Shown one piece after another: positions 60,901 through 64,000 of a stretch of 64,000 nucleotides of DNA (position 1 is the first letter of the stretch; each line of letters begins with the position of its first letter). The notes below the pieces were generated by a model, which had not been told where the DNA came from, made no database searches, and saw only the letters and a program-made list of their open reading frames with translations. Both the position numbers and the translations under genes were made by a program. Source of the stretch: Trichosphaerium sp. ATCC 40318 (taxonomy: Eukaryota > Protista > Tubulinea); contig JALMLS010000074.1 in NCBI GenBank assembly GCA_038496445.1, positions 1 to 64,000 of the forward strand, read 5' to 3'.

Positions 60901-61800
60901 CTTTGTATCTCTTCGTGAATAGTTTAAGTCTGTGGACACTTATTCTCAGCTTGTAAAACTTCCGTCAGGTAATTGCATATTTTTACACGTTAAAAGAATG
61001 GATTCTATCCTGTTGGTTATCTAGTTGAGCATTGCTGTTGAGACAGTTCGAAATAGTACAGTTTTTTGATTTTTGGTATTTAATGGATTTCGAGAATCTT
61101 TGAGACGTTTGTACTCACCTCAGAACCATCTTACATTTCGATTGCTATTTTTCCTATGTAGCTATGGTGTTATAATTATAGTCACTGAAACCATTTTGCG
61201 ATTCGTTTATGCAGTACCGAGGATAAACTGACAGTCCAAGCAATTTTTTCATAACTTTCGGAATTTCTGAAACTGTCTCAAAAGCGTTGTAACTATTTGA
61301 CATCGTACCCTCAAATATACGCTCGTAGTAGCCATCTTCGCTCATACGTTGCAATATTTGTGGCATACAATTGAAATTGTAGCTTAGTGTAGCCTTGGCT
61401 TTTGAGAAACTCTTGAACTATGATAAAAGGACCAAGGAGTATGCGAACTGGTATTCATGAAACTATCAGATTTAAGGCTGTTTATTGATGAATCGGGAGT
61501 ACAAAGCTATTATAGCCATGTATAATGCCTGGCAAGAAGAGTGGTATTCTATTTAAAGGCAACATAGACTTGTGCCAATAATTAGTTCAAAAAGGCCTTG
61601 CATTATCGCTAATTAAGTATTAGTTGTGTGTAATATTCAACAAACACCCTCACGAAAAACAAAAAGCTATCCCGATAAGAACACTACAATTCTTCTTCAA
61701 AGTTCTATTTTTACCTTCCGGAGTTTTATCACGTTTTTGTGTTAATTCAAACGTTATTAAACAGTAACAGTACAACAAACGGTAACAACTCCTCCGTAAA

Positions 61801-62373
61801 ATGACTGAATACAAGCTAGTAATTGTTGGCGGAGGCGGTGTAGGCAAATCAGCTCTAACAATCCAGCTAATGCAAAACCATTTCATTGACGAATACGACC
61901 CCACAATTGAGGATTCTTATCGTAAACAAGTTGTTATAGACGAAGAAGTAGCGGTTTTGGATATTTTGGATACAGCTGGACAGGAAGAATTCTCCGCGAT
62001 GAGAGACCAGTATATGAGAACAGGAACAGGGTTTATACTTACTTACGACATCACGAACTCACACTCCCTTGATGAGCTCCATCAGTTCAAGAATCAGATC
62101 ATAAGGGTTAAAGACGACGATAATGTGCCTATGGTACTTGTTGGAAATAAAGCTGACCTTGAAGACAAACGACAAGTCTCAACAAGTCAAGGCGAAGCAA
62201 GAGCAAGAGAATTTCGCTGTCCTTTTTTTGAAGCGTCAGCGATGACTCGGATGAACGTTGAAGAATCATTTTTTGAACTTGTTAGGTTAATACGTAAAAG
62301 GACTGTACCTGAGAAGAAGGGGAAGAAATCAAAAAAGGATAAGAAGGGAAGGAAGAAGTGTAGTATTCTCTGA
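61801..62373 (+). CDS. ras: Canonical Ras GTPase (Dictyostelium RasG/RasD-like), intronless
   Basis: [46 protein letters not shown], polybasic tail and CaaX CSIL*. Confidence 0.97.
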   Translation: MTEYKLVIVGGGGVGKSALTIQLMQNHFIDEYDPTIEDSYRKQVVIDEEVAVLDILDTAGQEEFSAMRDQYMRTGTGFILTYDITNSHSLDELHQFKNQIIRVKDDDNVPMVLVGNKADLEDKRQVSTSQGEARAREFRCPFFEASAMTRMNVEESFFELVRLIRKRTVPEKKGKKSKKDKKGRKKCSIL

Positions 62374-62973
62374 AACAAAAAAAACGGTTAAAAAAACCAC
62401 TTGTAAATAACAAAGAAATACCAGCGTAGCAGTGTACCTATATACATAATACCAATCAAAGAACCGCTAAAAATAATAAATTAAATTATAAACCAGATCA
62501 ATGTGATGTAAAAATACTCACTGAGAAAAAAAAGTTTTTTTGTTGCTGTGATTAAACAAGTATCGAAAAACAATTCTAGTTTGAAGTCAGTACTACAAGG
62601 CTTTAGATATTTTCGGACCAAATTAGTGCTCAATCCAAACCTTGCACGTGATTTGGACCCGTCCGACTCAGTTTATTAAGTTAAGCACTAACCCGGGTCT
62701 CTACGACTAAGCTGCGTTCTCAAATGTCGAGTAATAAGACGTTTATGGTTGCAACTAGCCATCAACAAATGTAATACTTAGATTAGTCTGGTTGGCAAGA
62801 CCGCAGATTTGGATGAGAACCTGTACCATCTACGGCTTGACATTCTGGACTCGTGACGTATAACAATACAAATAAAAACTAAAAAACTGTATTCTGCCAT
62901 TTTTTAGAACTTGTACACTCAGAGGTTAATCCTTACAACAATTTTAAACCTTGAACTAGCTGTACTAATTTAT

Positions 62974-64000
62974 CTATTTCTTTGCAATACCACCCTTTTT
63001 CAAAGGCATGTACTTCTTCATTTCAGTCACTTCACGTTCCATCCACTAAACAAGAAGAAATATTAAAACACATAAAACGAAAATAAAATATTGTTTCAGG
63101 TTATCAGGTACTGTAAACACAAGCTTGTGCTTTTTGCAAAAAAAAGCGTATATATACAACTAAGAAGCAATATGGAAACTTACCCAGATATTACCAGCAC
63201 CTGCTCCAGCGTCTTTGAGCTCTTGGAATTTTACCTAAAAATCACGTCAGGCAAAAACAGCGGGATTTGATATTTCAAGGATTCCTCACCTCAGCCTCTT
63301 TGAATTTTTCTTGAGCTTCATCTACAGCCGCATCAGCGGCTACAGCAGCAGCGTCAGCAGCTTCACGAGCAGCAATTGCTTTAGCGTGAGCGACTTCAAA
63401 TGGTTCTTTGGCTTTCTCGGCACGTTTTCTTGCAGCCTCAGTTGTGATCTTGGCTGTACGGAGTGGTAGTGGATCCTCTGTTATAATGGTAAGACAAAGG
63501 GCCATGTACAATTGTAGTTAACTAACAAGAAATACGTACCAGCAAGGAGTTGAGCCAAGTCAGCTTTTGCTCTGCCTCTCGAAACGACACCTCCTTCTTC
63601 GGATTTTTTTTTGAGAGCCTCTTTCTTGTTATTGTACGCATCTTCTTGTGCCTATCAGTACGGATTAGTTGTATGTACCAATAAATAAAGTATATTGTGC
63701 CTGTAGCTCAGCTAATGCAGTGGCGAGTTCAGCTTCAGCAGCTCTAAATGGAGCAGCGGCTTCATCAGCTTCTTTTTCTTTTTGCTAGAAATGTGCGTTT
63801 TAGACTAACGTTGATACAAGGCGCGTGTACCTTTGCCTCATCAGCTCTAGCTTTTGCTTCTTGAGCCTTTGACTGAGCTTCTTCAACAAGTCTTTGTACA
63901 GCTGCCAACATCTCTTCAGCTTTACGTAGTTGTTCAGGATCACCCTTGGAAGAATAAATACAAAACTTATAAACAATAGAGTTACCTTTGGACGAGCAAC
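62974..64000 (-). CDS. Calcium-regulated actin-bundling protein (ABP34-like) C-terminal part; 5' end beyond the window
   Basis: KGDPEQLRKAEEML, Ala-rich coiled coil, GGVVSRGRAKADLAQLLAEDPLPLRTAKIT, GNIWWMEREVTEMKKYMP match the ABP34 C-terminal pattern. Confidence 0.8.

Noticed and set aside
1-64000. Non-standard genetic code or stop readthrough
   Set aside because: TAA, TAG and TGA all terminate conserved genes (AGE-fold, SGT1, Ras); apparent in-frame stops are explained by introns or decay.
1-64000. CRISPR array, tRNA, rRNA, autonomous transposon or prokaryotic operon
   Set aside because: No repeat-spacer array, cloverleaf, rRNA-like segment or transposase/RT motif was seen; the DNA is intron-rich eukaryotic sequence.

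Overview
Eukaryotic nuclear DNA: AT-rich, gene-dense, with many short spliceosomal introns whose donors are most often GTACG/GTAAG. Gene content (Dictyostelium-type Ras, DimA/B-like bZIP, ABP34-like actin bundler, Pro/Thr-stalk GPI surface proteins) points to an amoebozoan protist; this is inference. Genes were assembled by hand across GT-AG introns, so coordinates are gene spans, not exon lists. Recognised genes: SGT1, bZIP factor, GPI mucin, mL80-like protein, intronless bacterial-type GNAT, AGE/cellobiose-2-epimerase-fold membrane protein, C2 protein, CH/LD-motif/filamin scaffold, two Ras-family GTPases, an eIF4A-like helicase, XPC/Rad4, ankyrin-TPR protein, a LOV photoreceptor, eL42 and ABP34. 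Most notable: (1) a LOV-SAM-PB1-PAS protein, a candidate blue-light-gated polymerising scaffold with no enzymatic output; (2) roughly 10-fold, mostly intronic and gene-specific enrichment of CACGTG; (3) several intact genes that have lost canonical catalytic or conserved residues (eIF4A-like, Ras-like, AGE-fold, eL42 GGQ); (4) a filamin-like protein with paxillin-type LD motifs and about 15 GSYxASF repeats; (5) at least four GC-AG introns. No tRNA, rRNA or CRISPR array was seen.
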